DNA of 64,000 bases from Octopus vulgaris (GCA_951406725.2 OX597815.1:49414001-49478000); one strand, 5' to 3'. Positions 41,706-56,760 are shown, counted from the first letter of the stretch. The notes: generated by a model from the letters alone, not told the origin. Program-made: numbers and translations.

Positions 41706-42939
41706 TTCACTCACACACACACACGTGTGTGTAAGTATGTATGTATCTCCACGATGATGAGAAGCTGGTATAGTAAAACAATTTAGGATAAGATGGAAAA
41801 AATGACACAATTAAGAAAGAGTTGGAAGTATATTGTGAGTAGCAGTATAACAACATTTGGTAGTCTGGTAGATGCAGGTGGTATATATACATATATATAT
41901 ACATACATGTTTTATTGTATAAAAATATATGTGTCTTGTATAGTCTCATAGCTTCATTGAAAAAAAGAAACAAATAAAAACAAGAGTTTGAAGAAAGCAG
42001 TGATGGTTGCCTGCACTGGAAAAGATCATTTAGTAATGTTTGCAAGTTTAAATCACTACATATGTGTCATGGGGAAATGAGAGCTTGATCTTCATCTATA
42101 AAAGGTCAAGACAATTATAAACGTAAGAAAATTTCTTTTAAATAACAATAGAAGGTAGGCATAATATATTTAAAGGAAATTTTTTTTAAATGATTATTGA
42201 ACAAAGAAAATAACAAACCAGATTGAATATTCTATTTCTTTTTAACCTTTTTTAGCTCAATGTGTCAAAACTTGAATTCTTTAATAATTCCATTATTGAC
42301 ATGTTACATGTATACATGTATTTTAATGTATTTTAAAGACACAACAAAATAAATACTTATAAATAAGCTTTTTATAACATGACACTATAGGGAGATATAA
42401 TTTTAATTTCAAAATCTATTGTTTGTCACCCAAATATACGACTTTCTGTCATTGCTAACAGGCTTGACATACGATCATCATCATAACACAAATCACTTTT
42501 GAAGGGCAACTGAGAAAATTTTACAGAGTATTGACTTTGGAGAGCAAAAACCTATTGTCACCAATCACTCTATGACGAATACAGGGAAGAGATCATAACC
42601 TCAAGTTTAAATTCAGTGCTTTTCAGATTCTAGCAACGTTAGCATGGTTTTTCCTGTAATAAGAATTGGGGAGAGAAATAGATATACAGTTATTGTATCA
42701 ACAGTTCAGCAGCACTTTTGAGGAAATAAAATAGCAATTTTGAACAGTGAAAGTAAAGTGAAATGTCTTACCCAGGGGCATAATGTCTGAAGTGGAAGAT
42801 ATGAACTTATGACCTGGTCATAATAACTCTAATACAAACATAAACATGAAATAAGGTATTTTCTCTCAGTCATTATCAGAAATAATATAAATGACCTAAA
42901 AACACAATGAGGAATCTTATAATTGATTTTTTGATCTTA

Positions 42940-42977
<38 letters not shown>

Positions 42978-43306
42978 CTATCTCTCTTTCACTCTCTCAC
43001 ATATAAATAGGGATGTGTGTGAGTGTATGCATATATATATATATATATATATATGAATGTATGTATGTGTATGTATGTATATATAAGCACGGAACAGGGA
43101 CATTAGAAGATGATGATGATGATGATATGTGTATATATATGTATATATACATATATATATATGTATATATATATATACACACACATAGGGAGAGAGAGAG
43201 AGAGAGAGAGAGAGAATGCATAATTTCTCTCCCATGGAGAAAAATCTGCATACATACATACATACATACACATGTACACATGTATGTATGGCATATGCAT
43301 GTGAGC

Positions 43307-43429
<123 letters not shown>

Positions 43430-44563
43430 AAGATAGAAAGATAGATAGATAGATATAGATATATATATATACATATATAAACACAAGCACACATACACAT
43501 TTACAGACATAAAATTAACACATAGACACACACATAAATCTTGTTTTTTTTTAGAAAAAAAACAGAAACTAGAAATAAAAAGCAGAAAGGAAGAAAAATA
43601 TAAAATAAAATGCAGTGTTAATCAATACCAGTTAACTACTTGTCAAATATAGGTAGTGACACTATAATTACATTCCATTATTCATAACATAGTATGAAAT
43701 CAACTGTCAAAGGAAATATCTAGAGATGTCTTTGAAGCAGTTTGCTATTGTACCTGTCAGATGAATATTAATAGTTTCCAATAACACTTATATACTGTCT
43801 CGTCTTCACTTTGGACTTAACCTGACAATCTGTATGTAGTTTGTTCAGATGCTTCAGATATTAACAATAAATAACAATGCTATCACATGTACTGAATCAT
43901 AAAAAAAAAATTTAAATAAATAAAACAGAGTTTACTGATGCGGAACTGTTTTGGCTATGTGTTCAATGATGACAGAAAAATTAATAAATGTATAAATATA
44001 AATGATAAACAAAAGCTAATTTGATACCTTGGTTGCTTACTTAATTAGTAAGGATTGAATGAATGTAACTGATTCTGTGCGGGACTATATGCTGGTGCAG
44101 GAATGAGACAGAGAAAAAGGAAGAGAGGTGGGAGACGGATGAGGAGTGGAAGAAAGAGAGACAGAAACAAAGACAAAAGGTTGTGTGTTTTATGTCATCA
44201 TAAACCAGTGACATTTATATATCAGCTGTTTAAACCACATTTCTTATGATAAAGAACATCAAACATATGTGTGTGTGTGTGAGCATGCGACTATGTGCAT
44301 ACATGCAAATATACATGCATAAATATATATGTGTGTGTATGTATATGTATATATATATATGTGTGTGTGTGTATGTATATATATATATATATGTGTGTGT
44401 TCGACGTCTTTTTGGTGTCCTGTACCCATATATGCATGCATATATACATGTAGAGGTAGGTATGTACATATATGTATGTCCAACCCATGCTAGCATGGAA
44501 AACGGACGCTAAACGATGATGACGATGATGATGATATGCATATGTTTTATTTATTTATTAATT

Positions 44564-44604
<41 letters not shown>

Positions 44605-44609
<5 letters not shown>

Positions 44610-44865
44610 ATCATGTGACTCACCAGGCTTTCAGACGTTGTTACAGATTGCTGATCACAATGCATTTTGCATTGTTTTAGCCTTCAAATGATGCTGCCCC
44701 ACTGGCTAGGCGAGAAGGCCAACATCCTCCCTCGATCGAAAGGGAGACTGGAACAACATGAAATGAAATGTTTTGCTCAAGAATACAATGCACTGCCTAG
44801 CCTGGGAAATGAACCCACAATTTAGTGATCGTGAGTGCAGCAGCCTAAACACTAGGCTACACACC
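44605..44865 (-). mobile_element. tRNA-headed SINE related to family C with a different 3' part
   Basis: Minus strand gtgtagcctagtgtttaggc..gggttcatttccc..cttgagcaaaacatttca. Confidence 0.65.
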
Positions 44866-44875
44866 TTTGCATGTA

Positions 44876-45521
44876 AGCATAGGTGTGGCTGTGTGGTAAG
44901 AAGCTTGTTTCCCAACCACAAGCTTGTTTCCACTGTGAGTGGATTTGGTAGGCAGAAACTGAAAGAAGGTGGTGAGCTGGCAGAAACGATAGTATGCCAG
45001 GCGAAATGCTTAGCAGTATTTCGTCTGCCATTACATTCTGAGTTCAAATTCAGCTGAGGTCAACTTTGCCTTTTATCCTTTCGGGGTCGATAAATAAAAT
45101 ACCAGTTATGTACTGGATCGATGTAATCGACTTAATCCCTTTGTTTGTCCTTGTTTGTCCCCTCTATGTTTAGCCCCTTGTGGGCAATAAAGAAACAAGA
45201 AACTGAAAGAAGCACATCATGTGTGTGTGTGTATGTGTATTTATCTATCTATCTCTCTATATATATGTGTGTGCGTGTGTGTATGTGTGTGTGTGTATAT
45301 ATATATATATACACATATATATATATATATGTATATATCTATGTGTCTGTGTCTGTCCCATGATCACCACTTGACAACCAGTGTTGGTGTGTTTACAACC
45401 CCTTAACTTAACGGTTTAACAAAAGTGACTGATAGAATAAGTACCAGATTTAAAACCCTTCAAGGTTATGCTCCTGCATGACCACTGTCAAATGACTGAA
45501 ACAAATAAAAGAATAAAAGAA
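44876..45521 (+). mobile_element. SINE family A interrupted by SINE B
   Basis: Host resumes after a duplicated target. Confidence 0.88.
44969..45197 (+). mobile_element. SINE family B, full length with 15-bp TSD
   Basis: agaaactgaaagaag at 44954-44968 and 45198-45212; box-A-like tggcagaaacg and box-B-like gagttcaaatt. Confidence 0.92.
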
Positions 45522-45574
45522 TATATTTATGTATATATGAGGGGGTGCTGAAAAATTTCTGGCTTTAAGATTAT

Positions 45575-45877
45575 CAATGGAGTTGGTCCTTAATGCTTGT
45601 ACCTGAGCTGTACACATAAGTGCTTCTGTCTCTATCTTCAGGTCACTTCTCCTCATCCACAGCCATTGGTCCTCTGTATCTGTCTTGGCATTCACATCTC
45701 TTACAAACTGGCTGTACATTATTTTTTTCCTTCCATGCTTTTTCTTTCTTTCTTTCTTTCTTCTTTTTATTTGTTCATGTCTTGTTTAAATTTTTGTTTC
45801 AATACACAATTTTCAGTTTAGCTCATGCTGGCCTTCTTCGTGGCTCCACAGCTTTTTTTATATACCACCCTAAGCTG
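45575..45877 (-). mobile_element. R4/Dong-clade LINE fragment
   Basis: SLGWYIKKAVEP..AWKEK.MYSQFVRDV..WLWMRRSDLKIETEALMCTAQVQALRTNSI matches HGQF..WL..G.LK.ETE..I.AAQ.QALRT. Confidence 0.8.
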
Positions 45878-45959
45878 ATACAGAAAGTTTATTCCTAGAA
45901 GGAAAGAAGAAATGGCAAATGAGAGGCAGACCTAGAACAAACTCATTTGATATCATTAA

Positions 45960-46128
45960 TCCTTTAGCATTCAGATTTCTTAGTCAAATGTAATGCTTAT
46001 TTACTCACATTGATATGAATTAGTCATACATCCCCTTGTAGCTTTGAGATTTCAGCGATATGATTGTTTATTTTTAGAATGACATTGTAAGGTTTTGGCT
46101 AGATGTGGCTGGTTTAACCACTAAAGGG
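45960..46128. mobile_element. piggyBac-like MITE inserted in an RTE-like 3' end (about 45900-46250)
   Basis: ttaa|tcctttag ... ctaaaggg|ttaa; flanks read RGRPR ... EDRPEWRSL. Confidence 0.8.
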
Positions 46129-46537
46129 TTAAGGACTGAACTGATTTGTCACATGGTGCTGCTTGTGTAATTACGGTTGAGGATAGACCCGAATGGAGAT
46201 CCTTGATATTCAAATCTGCAGAAAGGAGATGACGCCTAATGACTGAATGTTACTAAGAAGCCATTCCATGTTGGTGACTTTGAAGTAGTTTCCGCTTCAT
46301 CTTCATAAGACAGTTTCAGCTAATAGGGTATAAAAGGATCAAATTCTTACCCCATATATGAACAGTATATGAAATGCAGTGCTCAGTATTTGCAGTCTTA
46401 TTTGTGTCTTTTAGCTAAAAGAAAAGCAAGAACAAAAAAAAAAAGACAAAAAAAAACTGTGCAATGAATTCTTCAGTGGAGGAGGGGAGATGTCACTCAC
46501 TTGTTTGTTACTGCAGAACAACTAATATTGCAGAATG

Positions 46538-46872
46538 TGATGGTGGTGGTGGTGGTGGTGGTGGTGATGGTGATGATGATAATGATGATGATGATTGATG
46601 GTGATGATGATAGCTGTGATGATGACAACGATGACAACAATGATGATGATGGTGGTGATGATAATGATCATGATGATCATGATGAAGATGATGATGATCA
46701 TCATCATGGTGGTGGTGATGATGATAGCAGTGATGATGACAACGATTGGCTGATGATAACAGCAGTGATGATGACAAAGATGACAACAATGATGATGATT
46801 ATGATGATGATGATGCAGACATCAATGATGATGATAATGATGAAGGTAAGGATAATGATGATGATGGTAATG
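46538..46872. repeat. Degenerate (GAT/GGT)n tract
   Basis: Direct reading. Confidence 0.9.
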
Positions 46873-47199
46873 ACGTATTTTTTGTTTTACTTTTAGACAG
46901 AAGGGAGATTTTGAATTTGTGATAGAAGGAAATTCTACATTTCTCAAGGACATTTTCAAAAAGATAGAGAAAAAAAAAGCATCGCACCCCTATCCTACCC
47001 TAAACAAAAAGTAATGATTTCTCACATTGGCACGTAGCATCAGACTTAGTTGAGTAGTGGGGAGAGATGGGGTGGGGGGCAACAGCTGATTGAATCAACT
47101 CCAATACATGGAGCTGATTCCCTCATGCCATGGTAACAGTAGTGGTGATGGTGGTGATGGTGGTTGTGGAAGAATTTGTGGTGGCAATAGTGATACGGG

Positions 47200-47481
47200 A
47201 GGAGGGGGAGGAGGAGGGGAGGAGGAGGGGAGGAGGAGGGGGAGGCGGAGGCGGAGAGGAGGACTAGAAGAAGAAGAAGAAGAAGAAGAAGAAGAAGAAG
47301 AATGAGGAGGGGTGGGAGAGTAGGAGGAAGAAGAAAAAGGAGAAGGAGGAGGAGGAGAAGAAGAAGGAGAAGAAGAAGAAGGAGAAGAAGAAGAAGAAGA
47401 AGAAGAAGAAGAAGAAGAAGAAGAAGAAGAAGAAGAAGAAGAAGAAGAAGAAGAAGAAGAAGAAGAAGAAGAAGAAGAAGA
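47200..47481. repeat. (GGA)n/(GAA)n purine tract
   Basis: Direct reading. Confidence 0.95.
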
Positions 47482-48035
47482 ACTGGATGAAGTTATTCAA
47501 CAGTTGAGTGAGAGTAATGAGACAAGGGAGTCTTCATGAATGAGAGAGAAGCATTTAAAGAAGGAAGGAGAAAATTACATGTGAAGGAAAACGACAAAGT
47601 GATCTGAAAGAGGAGGAAGAGAAGAAGGAGAAGGAAGAGAAGAAAGAGAGAAAGAAGATCTTGTGAGAGAATATTATAAACATGGTGAGGAAGAAAATAG
47701 TGTAAGAAGACAGTAGACAATGTAAAATCTATTAGAGGGAGGGAGAGAAAGAGGGAGAGCAAGAGAAAGACAGACAGACAGGAAGATGGAAGGAAAGTGA
47801 AGAATATGGATAGCTGCACCATTAGAAGATAAAAGAAGGAAAGAGGGAGAGTGAGTCAGAGACATTTCATGAGATATATATATATATGTACACATACACA
47901 AAATTACATATATTCATTTGCTCATACATACATACATACATATATTGACACAAACACATGCATCCATATATATAAGAAAAAGAAAACAAAAAAACTTTCT
48001 CTTGAAAGTTTATAAATTCTTATGTTGTCAATGTT

Positions 48036-48200
48036 GGTGCAGGCATGACTGTGTGGATAAAAAGCTCACTTCTCAACTCTGCAGTTCTGGGTTCAATTCC
48101 ACTGTGTGACACCTTGGGTAAGAGTCATCTTCAATAGCTGCTGGCTGACCATGGCCTTGTGATTATATGTAGAGAACAGAAACTAAAAGAGACCCATAAT
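48036..48200 (+). mobile_element. SINE family A, 5' half ending in (TA)n
   Basis: ggtgcaggcatgactgtgtgg..gggttcaattccactg..ccttgggtaag. Confidence 0.8.
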
Positions 48201-48218
48201 ATATGCATATATATATAT

Positions 48219-48368
48219 GTTGATAAAAATGGTAAGACAACAAAAGAATGAAAGAGACCTCGTTATTATGTAAATAGAGGAATTTATCTGTAAATGTAAT
48301 ATGTGACAATTATTCGGTAGCCATGATAAAACTCTGAGTTTCATATGCCGAGGTGGAAATCCACTTGC

Positions 48369-48418
<50 letters not shown>

Positions 48419-49240
48419 CATCTCTCTCTCTCCCCCTTTCGTTTTCTCTCTCTTCCTTTCTCTAATTCTTTTTTCTCCCATTCTCCCCTTTTATTTTTTC
48501 TCTATCATCCTTTCTCTAATTCATTTTTATCCCCTTCACCATTTTCTATTTGTATGTCTGTCTGTCTGTCTGTCTCACTCTCTCTCTCCCTCTCTCCCTC
48601 TTTCTCCTTTACTCTCCTGTATTGTTCACATGTGTCCATCGTCCATCTTTCTTTTCATCACGTGATCATCTTTCTTTTTCTTCAGTCTGTCGCACAGTCC
48701 AGACTCATTCTTATCTGTATCCTCTCCTATCTTTTCTCTTGTCAAAGAATATTCCTCCAGTGTTTGCTACCTTACCTCGTCTGGCCTAAGGGCTCTCCAT
48801 CTGTGTTTTCATTTGGTTTGTTGTATGTCTCCACTGTCTAGTTTTTGTTACCAACTTTCACCCTCTGCAAATCCCAAATTTTATTTTGGTTCATGGGTGC
48901 AACTGTTTTATGAAACCTCATATTGTTGTTAATTGCTCGAAATGTGGAGCAACAACTGATGAAGGGTTGTTCTTTATGTTACTCCATCTGTTTCTCTCGT
49001 TAGTCACATAACTGAGATTGCCTTTGTATTTCATGTTGTTTTCATATTTTGTAATTCATGTTGTTTATGTTTTGTGACATCCTGTACCCATATATGCATA
49101 TTTATATATAAATATATATACATATATATGTAAGTATGTACATATATGTATGTATATATGCATATATAAATATCTCTCTATATATATATTATTTATATTA
49201 TTAAAAGATTGAACGCCATACATCCATTTCCAAGTAAGTT
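48219..49240. mobile_element. Composite of microsatellite-embedded Penelope-like fragments
   Basis: Half hammerhead (minus strand gaaactcagagtt, about 48330-48342), ctgatga at about 48956, family segment shared with 22940 and 44418; (TA)n flanks. Confidence 0.45.
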
Positions 49241-49254
49241 TATCTATCTATCTA

Positions 49255-49362
<108 letters not shown>

Positions 49363-49385
49363 TAGATAGATAGATAGATAGATAT

Positions 49386-49481
<96 letters not shown>

Positions 49482-49618
49482 ACTTACTTGGATAGAGAGA
49501 GAGAGTGAGAAGGTGAGAGAGAGAGAGAGAGACATATATATACATAAGCATAATAGTTAACAACTATTTCTTTCATATTTTAACCCGATAACCCGAGACC
49601 CATCCTTGCACATTCATA

Positions 49619-49709
<91 letters not shown>

Positions 49710-51131
49710 TAAGCATTCACATTCTGGTACTATATTACGCACACATTATCTGTGGTATCCTTTTTATCCATGATTAATTATCATCAACATTCAACCAAAC
49801 GAATCTTCAGAAGATTCCCTCCCAAACAATCAGATGTGATATATGAATTATAGAATAATTGCTATTAACTCCTGAAAATTCAAATTGATGTTGTTGAATA
49901 ACAATAAAATTGATATGAGGTTATGGTGGAAGTTGTAAGGTGAGTCTAAAAAAATTGGTATACTTAGAAGAAAAGCAGGAAAGAAAGAGAGAAGAGGAGT
50001 GTAACTTGACAAAAGCAACAACAATAAATATAATACTAATTATTAATAACAATGGAATTGTCATGTATTACATAGTTTTGTTTTTGGATAATATGGTATT
50101 GAATTACAAAACGACCAAGGAGCAAGAGCAAGAAATATATCTTATCAGAGAAATTCATGCAAAGTTTGAAATTTGAGATGTATATGGAATGAAGTAATGG
50201 CTCACTGCCAACCATTCTTGCTTTAAACATCATATTAAGGCAAATCGATTGATGAATTGATGACTCTTTTGTCAACATTATCATTAAGGAACAGGATATG
50301 TTGTATGATGTTTTTACCAATTCTGCCATCTTCCATCCACTTTGGACATTTTATTTATTTTTGTTGTTCTATAATTCTGTGTTGCATGCTCCTGTTATTC
50401 TATTTCTTTAGCCCTAAGTCACTTCCAGTTCAGCAGACAACCAGTTGATCAAAAGCATTCCAGCCATGACATCATATCTTTTTACTATATATGCTCTAGT
50501 TATCCTTTGCTTTTGTCTTTTTTATTAAGAGAGCACAGTTGCAATCAGAGGGAAATTAGTTTTTATTTCTAGTAGGTTGGCAGACTCCAATGAGACTTTC
50601 TTGTTGGATTAAAAATTTGTTGTGTTGAAAATATCTCTGAACAAGTTTTGTAAGTGTGTAAAAAATTTATAAATGTAGATATTTTGTCATATACTTGCTT
50701 CATATCTAAAGTTTGATGTTATAATCCTAACAAACTATAACTAACTTGAACAGCATCCTAATATTTATTCTAACCATATTCAAAATTTATACCATATCAA
50801 TGAATTATAGTGAAATAAATAAAAATCAACACTCTTCTGGGTACAAGAAACATTTCAAACTGAACAGTGACAATGAACAGAGTTATTGATGAGAGAATGC
50901 AAAACACACTTCACTTATCTTAGGAATTTATCTCATCATCTGCCAGTCAGATATTATTATGATTTTGATACCTTAAGGCAGGATTACTATTTCTAGTGGT
51001 GTCAAACAGCATTTAAAAAAATATAGCATATGTTTATATTCCAGTTTAGATGACTTTATTGCATTGATGAAGCCATGTTGTAATGTAACACCACTTTCTT
51101 CAGTTCAAACCTAAACAAATAGTATAAATAT

Positions 51132-51249
51132 GCTTCTGGCCATGTCACACTGAATGTACCAGTTCTCATCTGATCACCAAAGTTAAGCAACATTGAGCCT
51201 AGTGAGTACTTAGATGGGTGACTGCTTGGGAAATCTAGATGCTGTGTTT
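51132..51249 (+). pseudogene. 5S rRNA pseudogene
   Basis: About 118 bp with ggccat..gttctcatctgatcaccaaagttaagcaac (box-A-like) and gtacttagatgggtgactgcttgggaa (box-C-like) ..tgctgt; single diverged copy. Confidence 0.88.
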
Positions 51250-51260
51250 CACACTTTATA

Positions 51261-51653
51261 GGTGTAGGTGTGGCTGTGTGGTAAGAAGCTTGCTTCCCAA
51301 CCACACGGTTCTTGGTTCAGTCCCACTGTGTGGCGCACCTTGGGCATATGTCTTCTACTGTAGCCTCGGGCTGACCAAAGTCTTGTGTGGGGATTTAGTA
51401 GGCAAAAACTGAAAGAAGTCCATTAGATATATATATATATATGTATGTATGTGTGTGTCTGTGTTTGTCACCCCACCATCGCTTGACAACTGATGTTGGT
51501 GTGTTTATATCCCTGTAACTTAGTGGTTCGGTAAAAGAGACCGATAGAATAAGTACTAGGCTTATAAAGGAGAAATCCTGCAGTAGATTTGTTTGACTAA
51601 AGGTAGTGCTCCAGCATGGCTGCAGTCAAATGACTGAAACAAGTGAAAGAATA
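51261..51653 (+). mobile_element. SINE family A, full length
   Basis: Complete head, body and tail. Confidence 0.92.
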
Positions 51654-53778
51654 TTGTGTATTAAGTTTAACAAACCACTTGGCCCTTGTCTGCCTTTAAT
51701 GATTTTATTGCACCCATTCATGTCAAGTCTATGTCTTAAAGGCAACTTCTTTCAATAATGACTACAAAGGGTGTCAGTAATACTATTTACCAAAGTTCAT
51801 CACTCATCACTGTCATCATTATCATTTCCAAGCTAGCATGGTTTGGGTGAGTTATCATAATCCAAGTAATTTCTTTTGGGAGCCACTGCTCTTATATACT
51901 AATGCTTGCATCTATCATTTTGGTTTGGTTTCTATCACTGGACACACTTTCTATCACCAATCACTTCATAGATTAGCGTACAGTGTACATTTTATTATTG
52001 TTCATAGCATCAGCAACAAAGAGAGTTCTCAAAGATACAAGACTAAAAGGAACTGCTCAACTTTAGGCTTGTTTAACCATCTGCTTTACAGGCCAAATTA
52101 AAGAAAACTCAGTTGCATGTTATAAATGGTAGGCATAATTATATATATCAGCATGTTACAGTGAGTTGTCTAATATTCATTATCATTGCAATCATCGTTT
52201 ATTATCTACTTATTCATACTTGCATGAGTCAGACAGAATTTTGTAGAAGCAAATTTTCTGCAGCTGGATATCTTTCCTGTCACCAACCATTACCTGTTTT
52301 CATATGAGATAATATTTCTTCATGATCAGATGTGCTTTTAACAGAAAGCCAGAAATGAACAATATTATTTTTATGAGGTTGATACATATTTGAAACCATA
52401 TATACAATGAGCTTCTACCAGCTTCTGTCTCCCAAGGTCACTCCCAAGTTCACTCACTGTGTCTGTGAAAATAGCATTTAGCATTAAATGAATTTTGAGA
52501 TACCCCTTTTTTTTCATATCTTTTAGTCAGAAGATAAGGCAGTAGCCATGACCCTTTATAACAACTCTACAACTGGTGAAGAGAGAGGTGGTGGCAGGTA
52601 TCCCCAAACTATAGACCTAAAGTGATTGCTAGTGGCAGAGTGGTCTTACTAACAGCACCCAAGGTAGCAGATGCTGGTATTAAGCTGAATAAATAAATGA
52701 ATCTGCCATTGACGTAGACTACGGTGAGATTTGAACTCAGGATACAAAGATCTATACCATAAGGTATCCAGCAGGATGTTCTTTCAGTTCTGCCAATCCC
52801 CTGTCATGGATTAATATTTATTTTTATCTCCAAAAGGCTATAAAGCAAATTTAACCTTGGTAAGAACTGAACTCAAACACTGAGACTTAGAACGAATGTT
52901 ATAAGTCACTCTATCCAATAATGTAACAGCCCTACTAATTTGCTATCTATTGTTGACACTGTAATAATTTTTTTAATTATAAGGTGATACAGGTAGGGAT
53001 TTATGAAAAGGGTCTTAGATATTAACTATTCCTCCTCTCACTAGACCATTAATCACTCTGTTGCCAAATTTCTGCTGAAATGAACTAGATTTGTTTCATA
53101 TAATTTTGAAAATAAAGAATTTAGTAGAATAACCTTGTGGTTATTAAGTTGGTGGTTGGGACATAACTGAAGAGAAATTTTATCTGAAGGTTTTAATGTA
53201 GATCTCTTTAAATTAGTAAGTGTCTATCATAGAACCAGATGGGTGACCAGAAGCAAGTTGGCATGGTACCTCATACAAGTCAGGAGAGCTCAATATACAG
53301 TATTTTCCATTCCAGTTTACAAGTTGAATTTTTTTAGAACATAATTTACAGGCAAAAAAGGTAGGTTGACTATACATCAAGATGACTTTAGAGAACCAAG
53401 AATTCTATGTGAAATGAAGCAGAGTTTGGGTAAATAGTGATGATGTTTGAATGTTTACACTACATGTTTACATGCCATGCTACATTGACGTGTATGCCAG
53501 ACAATTCAGTACTCAATGGCTGTTTTGCATTCTAGAGCAGGATTAGGAATTCAATCTCATCTCTCTAAAAATAAAAATTTTAAAACAAAAATAATAAAAC
53601 AAAGCCAAATACTTAAAACTGGACATTGTACTCTAGTCTCTAGAAATATCAACTGTAAAGTTTCCTTTGTTTAATTTATTTTTTATTTATGGTAAAACTC
53701 AATGAATATTTGCCAAATTATCATGGGACACATGTTTATTTCTCTTTTTTTTTTACTCTTTTGCTTTGCATTAACGTA

Positions 53779-53831
<53 letters not shown>

Positions 53832-54003
53832 TATTATTATTATTTTGATCAGAAATAAAAGCCAAAAAAATGAGTATTATATGTATATTAACACAAGAGA
53901 CAGACATAGTTCCAAAATGCTGCCACCAGCCATTTTTATCAAGTTAGCATGTAACCGTAGTAACAAGCTTCTTTTCTTTCTTGCCTGAAAACAAACCACA
54001 CAC

Positions 54004-54038
<35 letters not shown>

Positions 54039-54370
54039 CACATATGCACACACACTCATGCACACACACGCACACACACACACACACACACACATGTCCC
54101 AACTTCACTTCCATATCAAAGTGTCGCTAAATTATAAATGTTTACTCTCCCCCCACCAGCCACCATCTCCTATGAGTAGGTGTATTAACAAATAAAGGCA
54201 AACCTGCTTCACAAGCCATTTTGAGTTATTCAATAAAGTTCAGACTAATGTTAGGGAAAGTCTACAGATATTTTTCAATATCGGTCAGATAAAGCAGATT
54301 GCAAACTGATTGCTGATTCTATCTTTAGACTTTAGCTTTTCCACTTTTCTAATTTTTTTGTTGTTGTTCT

Positions 54371-55029
<659 letters not shown>

Positions 55030-55271
55030 CTATTATAGATATAACCAAATATTATGAGATTGTTTTTTTCCCCCCCATCTGATACTCTAACATTTCTGCC
55101 GACTACCATTCTGTGTGTGTATGTGTGTGTATGTGTGCACACATGCATGTGCGTCCATTTCTATTCTTTTCTACGTTTTGAGTAATCAATCAACCATGAA
55201 GGTTTTAAAAACAAAATTGACCATGGCAGGATGTGAACTCAAAATGTAGGGGAAAAAATAATAACAACAAC

Positions 55272-55330
<59 letters not shown>

Positions 55331-55334
55331 TTTA

Positions 55335-55540
55335 AAATTTTGGCTCAAAGCCAGCGATTTTGGGGAGAGAATGAGTCGATTACATCAACCCCAGTACTTA
55401 ACTGGTACTTATTTTATGGACCCCGAAAGAATGAAAAGCAAAGTCTACCATGGTGGAATTTAAACTCAGAGTATAAAGATGGATGAAATGTCACTAAGTA
55501 TTTTGCTAGACATGCAAACAATTCTGCTGGATCACCACCT
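55335..55540 (-). mobile_element. SINE family B inside (AAT)n
   Basis: ctggtacttattttatggaccccgaaagaatgaaaagcaaagtc. Confidence 0.8.
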
Positions 55541-55545
55541 TAATG

Positions 55546-55615
<70 letters not shown>

Positions 55616-55626
55616 TAATAATAATG

Positions 55627-55706
<80 letters not shown>

Positions 55707-55764
55707 TATAATAATAATAATAATAATAATAATACTAACAATAATAATAATAATAATAATGTTA

Positions 55765-56243
55765 ACTGATTGGCAGTGTTATCATGTACATTGTTTTGTC
55801 TTGGTATAAAAGATGAGCTACAGCAAATATTCTGCTCAATACCACAGATTTGCTTGTCAGTTGTTTGACCATAACCGGTTAAACATGTCCCTTAATGGCA
55901 GAAGTAGTGGGGGAACAATATAGCCATATGTTGAGAGGAATTCTTTGGAGTTTGAATAATTCACCTCTGGAAACATGGGTGTTTCATTCAACATACTTAA
56001 ACAAACCTTATTCAAGGACTATTTAAGTGAGATGGACTACTTGACCTGAAGAAAATTCTAACTGAGCCCCACCTGCAAGGTCATGCACTGTTTATCTTGA
56101 TATAAGATCACCATGTCATACACATATGGTTGTGATGCATGTGCCTGATGTACTTTTATCCAACAGATAGTCATGATGGTTATACTGGGCTTCATATATT
56201 TTACCCCAGTGTCACTTTCATTGCATGCACTGCTCTCTCAATC

Positions 56244-56245
<2 letters not shown>
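55765..56245 (+). mobile_element. Probable non-LTR element 3' region bounded by (AAT)n on both sides
   Basis: Complex 480-bp segment running straight into an (AAT)n tail; family identity not established. Confidence 0.45.
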
Positions 56246-56283
<38 letters not shown>

Positions 56284-56319
56284 TGATGATGATGATGATG
56301 ATGATGATAATAACGGTTT

Positions 56320-56522
56320 CAAAATTTCAGAACCAGCTGTTATTGAAGGGTGGAAGAAATTGATTACATCGACCCCAGTACTTAACTGGTACTTATTTTA
56401 ACAACACCAAAAGGTTGAAAAGCAAAGTCAACTTTGGCAGAATTTAAACACTGAATATAAAGATGGATGAAACTCTACTAAGCATTTTGTCCAATGTGCT
56501 AATAATTCTACCAGCTTACGAC
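56320..56522 (-). mobile_element. SINE family B inside trinucleotide tracts
   Basis: gattacatcgacccccagtacttaactggtacttatttta..gcaaagtcaactttggcagaattt. Confidence 0.8.
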
Positions 56523-56525
56523 TTA

Positions 56526-56640
<115 letters not shown>

Positions 56641-56760
56641 ATGAGGATAGATTTTGCAATTCCCTATGATAGCAGGGTTGATACCAAAGAAATTGAAAAA
56701 AATCGAGAGATGTCCGGATATAGAGAGAGAGCTGAGGAAACTGTAGAAGACCAAGACAAC
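56641..56760 (+). mobile_element. R4/Dong-clade LINE fragment, restriction-like endonuclease end
   Basis: IDFAIPYDSRVDTKEIEK then (frameshift) IERCPDIERELRKL matches ID.AIP.D..I..KE.EK..KY.DL..EL.RLW. Confidence 0.75.

Noticed and set aside
51132-51249. Functional 5S rRNA gene
   Set aside because: Solitary, many substitutions, poor terminal stem and no T4 terminator
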